NCBI GenBank assembly: GCA_035575235.1
Contig: DATLYA010000316.1
Span: 32,245 to 96,244 of the forward strand
Origin: Candidatus Methylomirabilota bacterium
GTDB taxonomy: Bacteria; Desulfobacterota; Binatia; Bin18
DNA: 64,000 bases
Direction of reading: 5' to 3'
This document shows, one piece after another, positions 54,550 through 63,770 of this stretch. The notes beneath the pieces are model-generated. The model had not been told where the DNA came from, did not search any database, and worked only from the letters and a program-made list of their open reading frames with translations. Positions within the stretch are counted from its first letter, which is position 1. Each line of letters begins with the position of its first letter. A program made the translations under genes and the position numbers.

Positions 54550-55491
54550 TTAAGATTGTTTTGTCGAGCCCTCTCGATTTTGCACAAATTGCCAGCCGAA
54601 GCGTCCTTTAATGCAGAGGTGCCCATGGCTCACGTCGTGATCAAGCGGCGACGTTGCTTTGACAATACGATTATCCTGCACATGGAGCGTGAGCGTACAA
54701 CCGACTCCACAATAGGGACAAATGGTGTCAGTCTGCGTCTGCTTACCCTCATCCCAGGTTCCGGCTTGCCGCATCTCGTACTCACTGCGAAACATCAGGG
54801 CGCCGGTGGGGCACACGCCGATACAGTTGCCGCAATACACACAGGCAGAATCAGGCAGAGGAACGGCAAACTCAGTAGAAATACGCGCGTCAAAGCCCCG
54901 CCCCGCCACCGCAATGGCGAAGGTGTTCTGCGCATCTGTCCCGCAGGCTTCCACACATTTGTAGCAGAGGATACAGCGGGAATAATCGCGAATGTAGAGA
55001 TTATTATCCATCTTCACCGGCTGGGCGACAGTGGCGGCAGTAACGCCATCCGGCGCAGGATGCTGGCCGGTGTGACGATGATCGCGCTCCCCGCCAGCGG
55101 CAGGCGGACCAAAACGTTCAGGATGGGCGCCATACTGTTGCAGATAGGCCTTCACCACCGGCGCGACGGAAAGATCGGCTGAAGACGCAAGAAACTCCAA
55201 AACGAGACGGCGGCTGAGCCGCACGCGTTCCGAATCCGTTCGCACGACCATGCCTTGTTCGACTTTCCGCGAGCAAGCAGGAACAAGGGTGCGCGAGCCT
55301 TCCACTTCCACCACGCACACCCGACACACGTTGACCGGGGTCAGATTTTCCAGGTAACACAGCATCGGTGTCGAAATATTCCGCGAACGACAGGCGTCCA
55401 GCAGCGTCGCACCTTCCGGAACACGGACAGGCTGTCCATCAATAGTTAACTCGACAATACGGTTGAGAGTGGTGGAGAATACGGCAGCCAT
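54550..55491 (-). CDS. NuoG/FdsA N-terminal-like Fe-S subunit ([2Fe-2S] + [4Fe-4S] clusters, including the molybdopterin-enzyme FS0 domain), detached from the catalytic domain
   Basis: TIDGQPVRVPEGATLLDAC...CRVCVVEV, CILCYKCVEAC, CVYCGNCIGVCPTGAL. Then ICPYCGVGCTLTLHV...HLCIKGRFGWQF, then stop. Confidence 0.85.
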   Translation of the reverse strand: MAAVFSTTLNRIVELTIDGQPVRVPEGATLLDACRSRNISTPMLCYLENLTPVNVCRVCVVEVEGSRTLVPACSRKVEQGMVVRTDSERVRLSRRLVLEFLASSADLSVAPVVKAYLQQYGAHPERFGPPAAGGERDHRHTGQHPAPDGVTAATVAQPVKMDNNLYIRDYSRCILCYKCVEACGTDAQNTFAIAVAGRGFDARISTEFAVPLPDSACVYCGNCIGVCPTGALMFRSEYEMRQAGTWDEGKQTQTDTICPYCGVGCTLTLHVQDNRIVKATSPLDHDVSHGHLCIKGRFGWQFVQNREGSTKQS

Positions 55492-55504
55492 AGGCTTCTC
55501 ATGA

Positions 55505-57349
55505 TCAGAAAATTTTCAACTTTGTGAGGGCAGATTCGATCGCGCTGGCGGCAGTCTGTCCCAGACCACAAATCGAGGCATCGCGCATGACCTGGCTAAT
55601 CTCCGCGCGGAGTGTCAATTCATTTTGGAGAGATCCGAGCAGATGTTGAGAGTGCATACGTTGCAGCCATTCCTCTTGCCGCACGGTCCCCACTCGACAG
55701 GGAACGCATTGACCGCAGGACTCGTCACGGAAAAAAGCGGCGATACGACGCAGTATTGCTTTGATATCGATGGCATCGTCAAACACCATGACCACGCCGG
55801 AACCGAGCGTTGCGCCGATCGCGCGCACCCCTTCAAACGTCAGCGGCGTATCGAGTTGATCGGGCGTCATAAACACCCCAGCCGCGCCGCCAAGCAGCAC
55901 GGTCTGTAGGGACCGTTGGTTCCGCACACCGCCCGCCAGCGCCAATAATTGGCGCAGAGTTATGCCAAACTCGACCTCGTACACGCCTGGATGCGTGACA
56001 CAGCCGGAGACACAAAAGAGTTTTGTGCCGGTAGAGCCTGACGTACCAGTAGCAGCAAAAGCAGGGCCGCCCTGCAATACGATATCGAGAACATTCACCA
56101 ACGTCTCGACGTTGTTAATCACCGTCGGTTTCCCAAACAGTCCATGCTGCACCGGGAACGGCGGTTTGTTGCGCGGCTCGCCTCGATACCCTTCAATGGA
56201 ATTGAGCAGCGCGGTTTCTTCTCCACAAATATACGCGCCTGCCCCACGGCGAAGTTCGATATCGAAACGAAACCCGCGCCCCATCACATTTTCACCCAGC
56301 AGACCACGAGCACGGGCTTGGGCAATAGCGTTTTGCAAGCGTCTAGCCGCCAAGGGATATTCACCGCGGATGTAGATGTAGCCGTGCTCACAATTTGTTG
56401 CGAATCCGGCGATCGTCATCGCTTCCAGCAGCGCGAACGGATCTCCCTCCATTACCACCCGGTCTTTAAACGTGCCAGGCTCCGATTCGTCCGCATTACA
56501 GACGAGATAATGGGGACGCGCGGCGGCGCGAGCGACGGCTTCCCATTTTCTCCCCATCGGGAAAGCTGCTCCGCCACGCCCTAAAAGCTTGGAGTCGTTG
56601 ACCTCGCGGATTACTCCTTCAGGGCCAAGCTCGATAGCGCGACGTAATGCCGCGTATCCACCATGGGAGCGATAAGAGTCCAGATTCGTCGGATCAGCAA
56701 CGCCAACCCGCCGGAGTAAATGCAGGCGCGGATCACCACCTTGAGGAATTGCTATTTGTCGAGCCTCGGGGTGAAACTTGTCTTGTACAGCATTGACAAT
56801 CTCTGCCGCCCTCGTCGGCGCAAGCGCCCGTCCTTCCGCCGTAGAGCCAGCCGTAAGGACAAGCGCCGCCGGCGCACGGTCACAGAGTCCTAAGCAGGGA
56901 CTGCGATGCCAAGCGGCTTGACCGTTCTTGTTGGCGGAGCCCGCGGGACCAAGTCTCTGCTCCAGTTCCACGCAGACCTGCGCTGCGCCGTTCGCCAGAC
57001 ACGCGATATCATCACAGACATGCACCGCGACTGGCGGCTGCGGCGTCAAAGAGAACAGCGCGTAGAAACTCGCCACGCCATATGCTTCGGCGGGAGGAAT
57101 ATCGAGCCGCTGGCAAATATAATTGAGCGCTTCAGGGCTAATCCATCCCATACGATCCTGCACCGCGTGGAGCGTGGGCAGCAGCAAATGGCGTTGTGCG
57201 CGGAGCGCATGACCACCCCGCGCCTTGCGCCCGTCTTTCGCGATGTCGCGTCTTCCGCCTGTCCAGCCAGACTCTGGAGGACCCAATACCGCATCGACTG
57301 CTGCTTGCTCTTCTGGTTTGGCTGGAATCTCACGTAACCGCAGGTCCAT
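55505..57349 (-). CDS. NuoE-NuoF-like fusion (NAD(P)H/FMN-binding diaphorase subunit, FdsG/FdsB type)
   Basis: NuoE part is LPTLHAVQDRMGWIS...HVCDDIAC...SPCLGLCDRAP. NuoF part is GRGGAAFPMGRKW, ...ESEPGTFKDR..., ...ESCGQCVPCRVGT. Confidence 0.85.
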   Translation of the reverse strand: MDLRLREIPAKPEEQAAVDAVLGPPESGWTGGRRDIAKDGRKARGGHALRAQRHLLLPTLHAVQDRMGWISPEALNYICQRLDIPPAEAYGVASFYALFSLTPQPPVAVHVCDDIACLANGAAQVCVELEQRLGPAGSANKNGQAAWHRSPCLGLCDRAPAALVLTAGSTAEGRALAPTRAAEIVNAVQDKFHPEARQIAIPQGGDPRLHLLRRVGVADPTNLDSYRSHGGYAALRRAIELGPEGVIREVNDSKLLGRGGAAFPMGRKWEAVARAAARPHYLVCNADESEPGTFKDRVVMEGDPFALLEAMTIAGFATNCEHGYIYIRGEYPLAARRLQNAIAQARARGLLGENVMGRGFRFDIELRRGAGAYICGEETALLNSIEGYRGEPRNKPPFPVQHGLFGKPTVINNVETLVNVLDIVLQGGPAFAATGTSGSTGTKLFCVSGCVTHPGVYEVEFGITLRQLLALAGGVRNQRSLQTVLLGGAAGVFMTPDQLDTPLTFEGVRAIGATLGSGVVMVFDDAIDIKAILRRIAAFFRDESCGQCVPCRVGTVRQEEWLQRMHSQHLLGSLQNELTLRAEISQVMRDASICGLGQTAASAIESALTKLKIF

Positions 57350-57379
57350 GTTGGTCTCTCATGACTTCTCTCTGGTTCC

Positions 57380-59332
57380 TTAATCAGGCTGACCCGTGCG
57401 CAACACACTCTCGCTGGACGAAGTCAGTCCCACACCGACACGTTCCAGCTTCTCAATGCGAATCGCCGTTGCTTTGAATTCCGCCGTTCCCGACTTCGGA
57501 TCGATTGCTTCAATGGTCAACTGATTCGTGTCTACTTCATCAGGGAAATGCAACGTCATGAACGCCAAACCGGGACGAAGGGAGGCATCATAGCGCACTG
57601 GGGCCACAATCGAGCCTCGACGCGAAGAGATACGCACTCGTTCTCCATCGCTGACTCCATACCGCAGTCCATCCTCGGGCGAGAGATCCAGCGTCTCACC
57701 GCGCCGTAGCGGTGAGCGATAGCCGCCGCTTTGGACGCCGGTATTGTACGAATCGAGCCGACGCCCTGTCGTCAGACGAATTGGGAAATCCTCATCCACT
57801 CGATCAACCGGCGGATCATGTTCAACAGCATGAAACGGCGCTCTTGGGCCTTTGACCGGCTCTTCCCATAAACGACCGTGGAGAAAGGGCGATCCCGGAT
57901 GCGTTTCGTCATAACATGGCCACTGCAGGCCGCCATGTTCCTCCAGCCGCGCATAGCTCATGCCGGCATGATTGGGACTGAGACGACGCACTTCATTCCA
58001 TACGGCTTCTGCTGTTGGTTGACCCCATGCATACCCGAGCCGATCGGCAAGAGCGCAAATGATGGCAATATCATCACGGGCTTGTCCCGGCGGGTTCAAC
58101 GCTTTCCGCACCCGCTGCACGCGGCGTTCACTATTCGTGACTGTTCCTTCGGCTTCGCACCAGCTAGCAGCTGCAGGGAGGACGACGTCTGCCAATTCCG
58201 CCGTGGCGGTCAGGAAAATGTCCTGCACGACCAGATGCTCAAGTCCTTTGAGGAGGTGCAGCGCGTGCGACACATCAGCCTCTGACTGCGCAGGGTTTTC
58301 ACCAATTACATATAAGGTGGTCAGCTCCTTCCGTTCCATCGCCTCGAACATGGCGCTCAGATGCCAGCCGCGTTTGGGAGGAATCTTCTTGCCCCATGCT
58401 GCTTCAAATTTGGCGCGCACCACACCATCTTCGACATGCTGGAATCCAGGAAGGCGGTCCGGGAGAGCACCCATATCACCGCCACCCTGCACATTGTTTT
58501 GGCCGCGTAAGGGATTGAGTCCAGAGCCATAGCGACCTACATGGCCAGTCAATAACGCCAGATTGATGAGCGCCAGCACGTTGTCCACGGCATTGTGATG
58601 TTCGGTAATGCCTAACGTCCAGCAGATCATCGCCCGGTCCGCACGAGCATACGCATGCGCCAGCTCGCGGATCAACGCGGCAGGCACGCCGGTTTCACGC
58701 TCCGCATAGTCGAGCGTGTACTTCTCCGCCGTCGAACGGTACTCTGCAAACCCCGTCGTAGCGCGTACGATGAACTCTTGGTTGGCCAATCCTGCGGCGA
58801 TGATTTCTCGCCCCATCGCATTGGCCAACACGATGTCTGTGCCGACATCAAGCCCAAGCCATCCATCCGCCCATTGCGCTGAACTCGTGCGCCGTGGATC
58901 AACGACATAGAGCCGCGCGCCCCGGTGGATGGCTTTCAGCACGTGGTGAAAAAAGATCGGATGCGCCTCTCGCGCGTTCGATCCCCACAAGATAATCAGG
59001 TCGGTCTCTTCCACCTCTTTATACGAGCTGGTGCCGCCCCCTGCGCCAAAGACTGTCGCCAGACCGGCGACGCTCGGCGCGTGTCAAGTGCGATTGCAAC
59101 TATCAATGTTATTGCTGCCAATCACCAGCCTGGCGAACTTTTGGGCCATGAAATTCGTCTCGTTCGAAGCTTTCGAACAGCTAAAGAGTCCAAACGTTCT
59201 CGGTCCATGCTTCTCTATGGCGCGTTGAAATCCTGTGGCAGCGCGCGTCAGCGCCTCATCCCACGAGACAGGACGGAGCTTACCGTTATTACGGACGAGC
59301 GGTTCGGTGAGACGAACATAAGAACGTTTCAT
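57380..59332 (-). CDS. fdhA: Formate dehydrogenase catalytic (Mo/W-bisPGD) subunit, selenocysteine-containing; in-frame UGA at 59084..59086
   Basis: ORFs 59084..59362 and 57380..59014 are in the same frame. Read-through gives NNIDSCNRT-U-HAPSVAGLATVFGAGGGTSSY, the FdhF-like RVUHGPSVA context. A SECIS lies downstream. Start is at ATG 59332 (MKRSYVRLTEPLVR) or 59362. Confidence 0.85.
59043..59083 (-). promoter_or_regulatory. Bacterial SECIS element
   Basis: On the mRNA: UGA-CAC-GCGCC-GAGC-GUCGCC-GGUCU-GGCGAC-AGUCUUU-GGCGC. The GGUC apical loop starts 18 nt after UGA, as in E. coli fdhF. Confidence 0.7.
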
Positions 59333-59345
59333 ATCAGAGCCTTTC

Positions 59346-60230
59346 TTACCTATCGCAAGCAATTCGTTCCGGATGTGTATACACGTTAAAAGAGGAGTTG
59401 CGCAGAAAACCGACCAGCGTCAGGCCCAAGCGCTGCGCAGTTTGCACGGCAAGGCTGGACGGGGCTGACACGGCGCACACCAGAGGCGCGCGCGCCATGG
59501 CGGCTTTTTGCACAATTTCAAAACTCAGCCGACCTGAGACCATCAGCACCTGGTTCGCCAGTGAGGGCGCGCCTGCCAACACTTGATGTCCCACGATTTT
59601 ATCGACCGCGTTGTGACGCCCCACATCTTCCCGCAACACCAGCAAACGGCCAGCGGCGTCAAAAAGGCCCGTCGCATGCAAACCGCCAGTTTGCGCAAAG
59701 AGCTGCTGCCTTTGCCGCAGGACATGCGGCAACTCTACGAGCAGCGAACGCGCGATGACCAGGCCAGAAGCAACCGGAGCGCAACGGACCGCGACTTGTT
59801 CGAGCGAGGCTTTCCCACAAACGCCGCAACTCGACGTCGCATAAAAATTGCGCCGCAATGGCGCGGGATCAAACGGATGTGTGAGGGTTACTGTCACGGT
59901 ATTACACGGCTGCCCATCCAGTCGTCGCGTATTCGCTTCGATATCGCGAATCTCCGCACGAGCCTGAATCAGGCCTTCGGTCAACAAAAATCCCAGAGCT
60001 AACTCGTCGTCATGTCCTGGAGTGCGCATCGTGACGGCAACGTTGCACGCGTCCTGGTCCGGCCCTTGCACGCGAATCTCCAAAGGCTCTTCCGCGGCAA
60101 GCCAATCCGTGCGGCCGCGAACCTCATCATCTCGAACCGAGAGGAGCTGTGTTTTTACCACGCCTCCGTACTGACGCAGCAGGTCATTTTTCTTGTGCGC
60201 TGGTAACAAGAGCTGCCCTTTCTCGTTCAT
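59346..60230 (-). CDS. fdhD: FdhD formate dehydrogenase sulfurtransferase/accessory protein
   Basis: ...YATSSCGVCGKASLEQV... (FdhD Cys pair) and ...REDVGRHNAVDK... The start is ATG 60230 or 60269. Confidence 0.8.
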   Translation of the reverse strand: MNEKGQLLLPAHKKNDLLRQYGGVVKTQLLSVRDDEVRGRTDWLAAEEPLEIRVQGPDQDACNVAVTMRTPGHDDELALGFLLTEGLIQARAEIRDIEANTRRLDGQPCNTVTVTLTHPFDPAPLRRNFYATSSCGVCGKASLEQVAVRCAPVASGLVIARSLLVELPHVLRQRQQLFAQTGGLHATGLFDAAGRLLVLREDVGRHNAVDKIVGHQVLAGAPSLANQVLMVSGRLSFEIVQKAAMARAPLVCAVSAPSSLAVQTAQRLGLTLVGFLRNSSFNVYTHPERIACDR

Positions 60231-60286
60231 GAGAGTGCAAAGCCCGCTATCGTTATGCCAAACCAGCATAACGATCAGTAAAAAAT

Positions 60287-60622
60287 TTATGTCTGTTGAA
60301 AGGCTTTCTTAAATTTCCTGTGTACTAATCCTTTCAAGCCTGCGGTAAACTTATGAAAATGCCGTACATACTCGCGTCCTTCCGGCGTCAGACAAGTTCC
60401 ACCGCCATGCTTCCCTCCCACTGCTCTTTGCGTAAGCTTCACGCCAAGACCTTCTTCCATTTCCTTCAGTTTCCGCCAGGCCACGCGAAAATGCACCCCG
60501 CGCTCGGCGGCAGCCGCATTGATGGACCCAGTGCGCTCCACTGCTTCCAAGAGCGCGATCCGCCACTCACTCAAGACAACTTTTCCATCTTTCTCTAGCC
60601 AAAAGTTGGAACGCGGCTCCAT
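60287..60622 (-). CDS. ModE-N-terminal-like winged-helix regulator (no Mop/TOBE domain)
   Basis: ...WRIALLEAVERTGSINAAAAERGVHFRVAWRKLKEMEEGLGVKLTQRAVGGKHGGGTCLTPEG matches the ModE N-domain pattern (GSIs.AA...SY+.AW..i...n......GG..GGga.LT..G). Confidence 0.65.
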   Translation of the reverse strand: MEPRSNFWLEKDGKVVLSEWRIALLEAVERTGSINAAAAERGVHFRVAWRKLKEMEEGLGVKLTQRAVGGKHGGGTCLTPEGREYVRHFHKFTAGLKGLVHRKFKKAFQQT

Positions 60623-60720
60623 AGGGTTTGCATCTTTCAATATTCTCTATAAGTCATTACAATGGAACATTAAAAGACACAAGCCTTATGCATAGAAATC
60701 ACATTGTGTTTATTCCCTCC

Positions 60721-62268
60721 CTAGAACGCGAACAGTGCATCAAGTTGCATGCGATTTACGGCAGAATTCGGTTGATTATGCGGACGGTCGATGAAGTTCA
60801 CAAAGTATCCCTTGGCCGTCAAAGTGAGGCGCGGGAGCAGCATGTAATCGAATTTGACGATGGGACCTTGCACGTTCGTTCCGCCGCGCCGACCGAAGTC
60901 GCTGAGCGTGAACATGGAAATGACGGAGTCGGTCTCCACACGCGTCCAGGCCGCCGAGAGGGCCACGTCGCCAGGATCACGCGTCTGGCCAATGCCCGCT
61001 CCAATGATATAGGCGTCATCCATGCCGAAGGCCGCTTCAGTGTTGTGCGCATAATCCACCATGAGCGTGAACGGCCACTTGGCATAGCCGGTGTCCAACG
61101 CCAATTGTGCGCCGGCATTCACGATATTAAACCCGCCAGCAAAACGTTGAATGGGATTAGTCGTGCTCGGCGTAATCAGATCTCCGCCACGCACCACTTG
61201 GCCATTTCTCAGTTTGACGGAATTGGTCAACACCAACGCACTATTGCGGTTACGCTCCTGCGCCACCGCATCGGAACGAAAGAAATAGTAATCCCCGGCC
61301 GCTAGCGTCAGTTGCGTCTTCGGCGTCGGGGCAACGGTGGCCTGCAGTTGCTCACCGATCATGTAGGAGTCCCGCTCCGCCGCGAACTCCTTAATCGCCC
61401 ACTGCCCTGCCGCCAGTTTTATGCTTCTGAGCCAATCTTTTCCTTCAAAGACCGTAACTTCTTCCGCCGCCCCTTCCGGCGTCAGATCTTCATCAAACAC
61501 TAACTCCGAGCTCATAATAGCGCGCGGGCGGAAGAAGTTGACGCTAAACTTACCGCCGGTAACCGAAAAGAATGACTTCTCAAGGCCAATGCTCCTGCCC
61601 GGCCTAAGAGTGATATACGCATTGTCAATGTTGATCGGCTTGCGAGTGAAGACATCAGTCAGCGTCTGGTTATTGGCGGCGATCTCATTGGGATCACCGC
61701 TGACCAATCGCAGGCCGCCTTCAATCTCGTCATTCACCGCAATACGTGCGCCCACTCGTAAGCGCAATCGTTGACGATTGCGCGCGTGAACATCTTCCTG
61801 ATAGAATCCCTCATGTCGCACACGGATATCGCCAAAGAAGGTAAAGCGGTTGAGCCAGTCAATGTTCTTCTTGACATCGGCCACGGCGGTCCTCCTCAGC
61901 TCTGCCATCGCTTGATTCTGCTTCTCAGCCTGCGCTTGAGCTTGCTGCTGCAAGGCGTGTTGTTGTGACTCCAGGCGCGATAAGCGCTCGCTCACCTCTG
62001 GCGCCACGGGAGCGGCGAGCACCGCAGAGGTTGAGGGTGCTTTGAGTTGCGCTAAGTCCTTCTCACTCAAGATGCCTTTTGCTTGGAGCAATTGAATCAG
62101 TGCATCATGTTCGGCTTTCGGCATCGTCGTTCTGCTTTTCTTTAGTCGCTGCGCTTCTTTCTTGCTCAACACTCCCTTCGATTGCAAAATATCTATAAGT
62201 GACCCCTCCTGTGCCTGTACTGCCCCCGCCATCATTAAGGTCAACACCACCGCCACTATCCGTGCCAT
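60721..62268 (-). CDS. Outer-membrane porin-like beta-barrel with duplicated N-terminal helical motif
   Basis: Signal peptide (..AGAVQAQ). LQSKGVLSKKEAQRLKK and LQAKGILSEKDLAQLK repeats. Coiled coil, then long alternating-strand region ending ...MQLDALFAF. Confidence 0.6.
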   Translation of the reverse strand: MARIVAVVLTLMMAGAVQAQEGSLIDILQSKGVLSKKEAQRLKKSRTTMPKAEHDALIQLLQAKGILSEKDLAQLKAPSTSAVLAAPVAPEVSERLSRLESQQHALQQQAQAQAEKQNQAMAELRRTAVADVKKNIDWLNRFTFFGDIRVRHEGFYQEDVHARNRQRLRLRVGARIAVNDEIEGGLRLVSGDPNEIAANNQTLTDVFTRKPINIDNAYITLRPGRSIGLEKSFFSVTGGKFSVNFFRPRAIMSSELVFDEDLTPEGAAEEVTVFEGKDWLRSIKLAAGQWAIKEFAAERDSYMIGEQLQATVAPTPKTQLTLAAGDYYFFRSDAVAQERNRNSALVLTNSVKLRNGQVVRGGDLITPSTTNPIQRFAGGFNIVNAGAQLALDTGYAKWPFTLMVDYAHNTEAAFGMDDAYIIGAGIGQTRDPGDVALSAAWTRVETDSVISMFTLSDFGRRGGTNVQGPIVKFDYMLLPRLTLTAKGYFVNFIDRPHNQPNSAVNRMQLDALFAF

Positions 62269-62804
62269 CGTTCCTCCTCTATCGCCAGCTCCACCGTGGT
62301 AAATAATTGTTCAAACTCTTGCCGTGCTTGCTCGAAATCGGGGTCAAATGCGCTGGTGGATTTGTCACCGACAAACGATGCGTCGATTTGTTCAATTAAC
62401 TGGCGCACCTGCATGCGCTGCGCGGGAGGCCACACAATCTGCCCGTCTTCCGCCTCTTCTAGATCCGCACTGAGAAACAGAAACCGGACGGACTCCTCCA
62501 TGGCGAATCGTTGCATCATGGCGTAGTCAGCGGCGCGGCGCGGATTCAAACACGGCCTACCCTGGATACGAAAACGCCCTGGCGCGTCCAGACAAAAGGG
62601 AATGGCGGTCACCCAGGTTCCCTGCGCATTCCGCCAGGTGCAGAATCCCACCCGGGCGCGGTATGCATGCTGAAAAGGAGTAAGGTCCTGCACCCGCATG
62701 GTCAACACCGGCTCGCGCCATTCCCGCATGACAATGAGCACGGAGGTATAAAGTGGGGCCTGAAGCATAAACGAATGAAAGGAAGGCAGTAACTCGGCTT
62801 TCAT
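62256..62804 (-). CDS. Hypothetical protein (182 aa)
   Basis: 4-nt overlap with the tupA-like stop and 13-nt overlap with the porin start. No family recognised. Confidence 0.5.
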   Translation of the reverse strand: MKAELLPSFHSFMLQAPLYTSVLIVMREWREPVLTMRVQDLTPFQHAYRARVGFCTWRNAQGTWVTAIPFCLDAPGRFRIQGRPCLNPRRAADYAMMQRFAMEESVRFLFLSADLEEAEDGQIVWPPAQRMQVRQLIEQIDASFVGDKSTSAFDPDFEQARQEFEQLFTTVELAIEEERWHG

Positions 62805-63649
62805 TTGCTCACCTCTCGGATGACGGCGTCTTCCGTCTTTCCCGCGTCTGGAGTGAATAACGGCTCGCCAAATTTCTCTTTGCCGAACGTCTTCAACAAG
62901 TCTTGCACGGTAGGAGACAACAAAAAATCGGCGAACGCCTTCCCGCCTTTGGCGTTCACCTTGGGAAACTTTTCCGGGTTCACTTCCATGACATGATAGA
63001 CGTTGAGAAACGCAGGGTCGCCTTCAAGCAACACGCTCAAGCCCGTAGTTTTCTGAAACGCCAGAAACGTCGCCCGGTCGGAGAGCACATACCCTTGCTT
63101 CTCGCCGGCAATGCTAAGGGTCTTGCCCATGCCCTGCCCAGCCTCTAAATACCAGTCGCCAGCCGGTTTGATCCCCGCCTGTTCCCATAGCTTCTTTTCG
63201 AGTTTATGCGTGCCGGAATCGTCCCCCCGTGAGACAAAGACCGCCTTTGCCTCGGCGATTTTTTTGAATGCATCAACAGCTTTGACTGTTCCTTTCACGT
63301 GCGCGGGATCAGCCGCCGGGCCGGCCAACAGAAACCAGTTATGCATCATCAGACGGCGGTTTATCAGCCCGCCATCAGCGACATATTTTTTCTCCGCCTC
63401 GGGCGCGTGCGCGAGCACGACATCCGCCTCACCTCTCCCCGCTAAGGCTAGCGCTTGCCCCGTGCCTACAGCCACCGCCTTGACGTGATAACCACTTTGT
63501 TTCTCAAAGATCGGCACGATGACATCGAGCAGTCCCGTGTCCTGCACGCTCGTCGTCGTGGCAAAGATTAATTCTTCCTGAGCAGCCGCGGCGCCAGCAC
63601 AGGCGAGCACAACGCCTACCAGCAGAGTAAGAAAGTGGCCCCTCCTCAT
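62801..63649 (-). CDS. tupA: Tungstate/molybdate ABC-transporter periplasmic binding protein (TupA-like)
   Basis: Signal peptide, then LIFATTTSVQDTGLLDVIVPIFEKQSGYHVKAVAVGTGQALALAGRGEADVVLAHAPEAE, the TupA TTTS..D(S/T)GLLD signature. GGGAGG RBS. Confidence 0.75.
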   Translation of the reverse strand: MRRGHFLTLLVGVVLACAGAAAAQEELIFATTTSVQDTGLLDVIVPIFEKQSGYHVKAVAVGTGQALALAGRGEADVVLAHAPEAEKKYVADGGLINRRLMMHNWFLLAGPAADPAHVKGTVKAVDAFKKIAEAKAVFVSRGDDSGTHKLEKKLWEQAGIKPAGDWYLEAGQGMGKTLSIAGEKQGYVLSDRATFLAFQKTTGLSVLLEGDPAFLNVYHVMEVNPEKFPKVNAKGGKAFADFLLSPTVQDLLKTFGKEKFGEPLFTPDAGKTEDAVIREVSK

Positions 63650-63726
63650 AATGCCTCCCGTCGCCCGCCGTGGTTACCATGCAGAACCGGAAGAGTCAAC
63701 GAGCAAGTCTATTTTCTTCCTATTTA

Positions 63727-63755
63727 AGTTATTCTAAGATATTTAGAGTTATTCT
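63727..63755. promoter_or_regulatory. Candidate operator: 9-nt direct repeat AGTTATTCT x2 at 20-nt spacing
   Basis: Both copies sit in the AT-rich divergent spacer between tupA and the HTH gene. Confidence 0.3.
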
Positions 63756-63770
63756 TTTCTCAGAAAAAAT

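Noticed and set aside
63650-63770. A Moco (molybdenum cofactor) riboswitch upstream of tupA or the fdh genes.
   Set aside because: The spacers are short (121 nt shared with a divergent promoter, and about 80-100 nt upstream of the ModE-like gene). I could not recognise the conserved Moco-motif stems by eye. A covariance-model scan would be needed to exclude it formally.
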